Position numbers and translations under genes: made by a program. A DNA stretch of 64,000 nucleotides from Bugula neritina (lineage: Eukaryota; Animalia; Bryozoa). The stretch spans positions 14,641,675-14,705,674 of the forward strand of contig OZ037768.1 of NCBI GenBank assembly GCA_964035545.1. Reading direction: 5' to 3'. The notes below the pieces were generated by a model. The model was not told where the DNA came from and made no database searches. It saw only the letters and a program-made list of their open reading frames with translations. Shown here one piece after another: positions 60,801 to 64,000 of the stretch. Position 1 is the stretch's first letter; the number at the start of each line of letters is the position of its first letter.

Positions 60801-63800
60801 TGAAATACACTGCCACACACTGAAGTATACTGGGATATACAGAAATGTACTGTAACATACTGAAACATACGGCAACATACTAAAATAAACTGCGACACAA
60901 TAAAATATACTGCAACATACTAAAATATGCTGTGGCATACTGAAATACACTGCAAAACACGGAAGTATACTGTAATATACCGAAATTTACTGTAACATAC
61001 TGAAACATACGTCAACATACTGAAATGTACTACAGCACACTGCAATATACTGAAACATACCGAAAGATATGGTAACCTACTGAGACACGTTGCAAACCAC
61101 TGAAACATACTGCAACATCCTGCAACAAAATGAAATCTACTGTAACACACTGAAACAGAGTGCAAAATACTGAAACATACTGTAACATACTAAGACATAC
61201 TGCAACATACTGAAATATAATGCAACATACTGAAATATACTTCAACATACTAAAATACACTGCAAAACACTGCAACATACTGAAATATACTGAAAAACAC
61301 TGTAACATATTGAATTACACTGCAACACATTGAAATATTCCGCAACATACCGAAATATATGGTAACCTAATGAAATATACTGTAACACGTTGAAGTACAC
61401 TGCAACATACTGAAATACACTGCAACACACTAAATTATACTGTAATTTACACAAATGTACTGTAACATACTGAACAATGCGGCAACATATTGAAATATAC
61501 TGCAACACATTGAAATATGCTGCAACTTACTGAAATGCGCTGTAGCATACTGAAATACACTGCAACACACTGAAGTATACTGTAATATACAGAAATGTAC
61601 TGTAAAATACTGAAATGTACTTCAACATACTGAAAACTACCTAAAAATCTTGAAACATATTGAAATACACGGAAACATTCTGAAATACACTGCAACACAT
61701 TGGAATATACTGCAACATACCGAAATAAATGGTAACCTACTGAACTATGTTTCAAACTACTGAAATATACAGCAACATACTGAAATACACCGTAACATAC
61801 TGAAATACACTGCAGCCTACTGAAATACACTGTACCATATTGAAATTCACTGCAACACACTGAAATATACTGAAACATACTGAAATACATGGTAGCCTAC
61901 TGAAATATGTTGCAAACCACTGAAACATACTGCAACATCCTGCAACAAAATGATTTATACGGTAACACACTGAAGCATACTGCAATATACTGAAATACAC
62001 TGTAACATACTAAGGCATTCTGCAACATACCGAAAAATATGGTAACCTACCGAAATATGTTACAAACTACTGAAACATAATGCAAACTTCCTGCACCATA
62101 ATGAAATATACTGCAACATACTGAATGATACTGCAACATACTGCAACATACTGAAAGACACTGTAGAATACTGAAATTAACTGCAACATACTGAAATATA
62201 CTGCAAGATACTGCAACATACTGAAATACATTGTAAGATACCTAAATACACTGCAACATACTGCAACATGTTGAAATACACTGTAACCTATTGAAAAACA
62301 CTGCAACACATTGAAATATACCGCAACATACCGAAACGTATGGTAACCTACTGAAATATGCTGTAACACATTGAAATATCCTTCAACACATTGAAATATA
62401 CTGCAACATACTGAAATGTGCTGTAGCATACTGAAATACACTGCAAGACACTGAAGTATACTGTAATATACAGAAATGTACTGTAAAACACTGAAATATA
62501 CTTCAACATACAGAAAACTACCTAAAAACATTGAAACATACTGAAATACATTGTAACATACTGAAATACACTGCAACACATTGGAATATACTGCAACATA
62601 CCGAAATATATGGTAACTTACTGAATTATGTTACAAACTACTGAAACATACTGCAACATACTGCAACATAATGAAATATACTGCAACATACTGAAAGATA
62701 CTGCAACATACTGCTACATACTGAAATACACGGTAACATACTGAAATACACTGCAACATACTGAAAGATACTGCAACATACTGCAACATACTGAAACACA
62801 CTGTAGAATACTGAAATATACTGCAAAATACTAAAATATACTGCAAGATACTGCAACATACTGAAATACATTGTAAGATACCTAAATACACTGCAACATA
62901 CTGCAAGTTACTGCAACATATTGAAATACACTGTAACATATTGAAAAACACTGCAACACATTGAAATATACCGCAACATACCAAAGTACATGGTAGCCTA
63001 CTGAAATATACTGTAACACATTGAAATATACTGCAACATACTGAAATACACTGCATCACACTAAAGTATACCGTAACAAACAGAAATGTACTGTAACATA
63101 TTGAAATATACTGCAACACATTGAAATAGACTGCAACATACTGTAATGTGGTGTAGCATACTGGAATACACTGCAACACACTGAAATATACTGTAATATA
63201 CAAATATGTACTGTAAAATACTGAAATATACTTCAACATACTGAAAAATACCTAAAAACTTTGAAACATACTGAAATACACTGTGACATACTGAAATACA
63301 CCGCAACACATTGGAATATTCTGCAACATACCGAAATATATTGTAACCTACTGAATTATGTTACAAACTACTGAAATATACTGTAACATACTGCAACATA
63401 ATGAAATATACTGCAACATACTGAAAGTCACTGCAACATACTGAAGTACACTGCAACACATTGAAATATACTGCAACATACCGAAATATATGGTAACCTA
63501 CGGAAACATGTTGCAAACCACTGAAACACACTGCAACAGACTGCGACAAAATGAATTATACTGTAACACACTGAAACATACCGCAAAATACTGAAATGTA
63601 CTGTAACATATTAAGACATACTGCAACATACTGAAATATAATGCAGCCTACTGCAACATAATGAAAGATACTGCAACATACTGCAACATACCGAAATACA
63701 CTCTAACATACTGAAATATACTGCAACATACTGCAACATATTGAAATACACCGTAACATATTGAAAAACACTGCGACAAATTGAACTATATTGTAACATA

Positions 63801-64000
63801 CTGAAACATACGTCAACATACTGAAATGTACTACAGCACACTGCAATATACTGAAACATACCGAAATATATGGTAACCTACTGAGACACGTTGTAAACCA
63901 CTGAAACATACTGCAACATCCTGCAACAAAATGAAATCTACTGTAACACACTGAAACAGAGTGCAAAATACTGAAACATACTGTAACATACTAAGACATA
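51830..64000. repeat. Long-range duplication: ~51830-54847 repeated at ~60990-64000 (offset 9,153 bp)
   Basis: Constant offset for ORF pairs 51877/61030, 52294/61447, 52914/62067, 53478/62631 and 54458/63611. Confidence 0.85.
53700..60700. repeat. Higher-order repeat, period 3,581 bp (3,451 after a 130-bp deletion near 59390)
   Basis: ORF pairs 53908/57489, 54208/57789 and 55535/59116, then 56260/59711 and 56575/60026. Boundaries approximate. Confidence 0.88.

Larger units (their letters stand above)
25595..64000. repeat. 10-bp satellite array, right arm (same family and orientation)
   Basis: Resumes at AGTATATGGTAGCCTACTG, exactly the continuation of the module broken at 23049. Runs off the right edge of the window. 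Confidence 0.99.

Noticed and set aside
163-63966. Hundreds of minus-strand ORFs encoding MLQYVAVCCS/FQYISV-type peptides up to 350 aa
   Set aside because: They are translations of a 10-bp repeat (30-bp, 10-aa cycle) and overlap in all three minus frames. The minus strand lacks stops while the + strand has TGA/TAA in many monomers. No domain or gene structure is evident.
1-64000. CRISPR array
   Set aside because: There is no constant repeat with unique spacers and no cas genes. The sequence between landmarks is itself satellite.
1-64000. Telomerase-made telomeric repeat
   Set aside because: The monomer lacks the G-run typical of telomeric repeats, and kb-scale inherited variants point to recombinational amplification rather than templated addition.

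Overview
The window is almost entirely eukaryotic-type satellite DNA. It is a head-to-tail array of a 10-bp monomer with variants TGCAACATAC, TGAAATATAC, TGAAATACAC and TGTAACATAC, often alternating as a 20-bp dimer, all in one orientation. The monomers are built into modules of a few hundred bp and into nested higher-order repeats (HORs) with periods of about 1.9, 2.1, 2.3, 2.5, 2.6, 3.6, 6.1 and 9.2 kb. One foreign sequence interrupts the array: a 2,545-bp non-autonomous DNA transposon at 23050-25594. It has CACAGTT...AACTGTG ends, imperfect terminal inverted repeats (TIRs) of about 170 bp and a 2-bp AG target-site duplication (TSD), confirmed by 13 empty copies of the same site elsewhere in the window. 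It most likely belongs to the CMC (CACTA/EnSpm-Mirage-Chapaev) group. Inside it is a degenerate tRNA-like Pol III unit (A box, B box, T8 terminator) whose 3' end matches the satellite monomer over 11 nt. The supplied ORFs are all minus-strand translations of the satellite. I find no credible protein-coding gene, rRNA or CRISPR array, and the organism cannot be identified from sequence alone.
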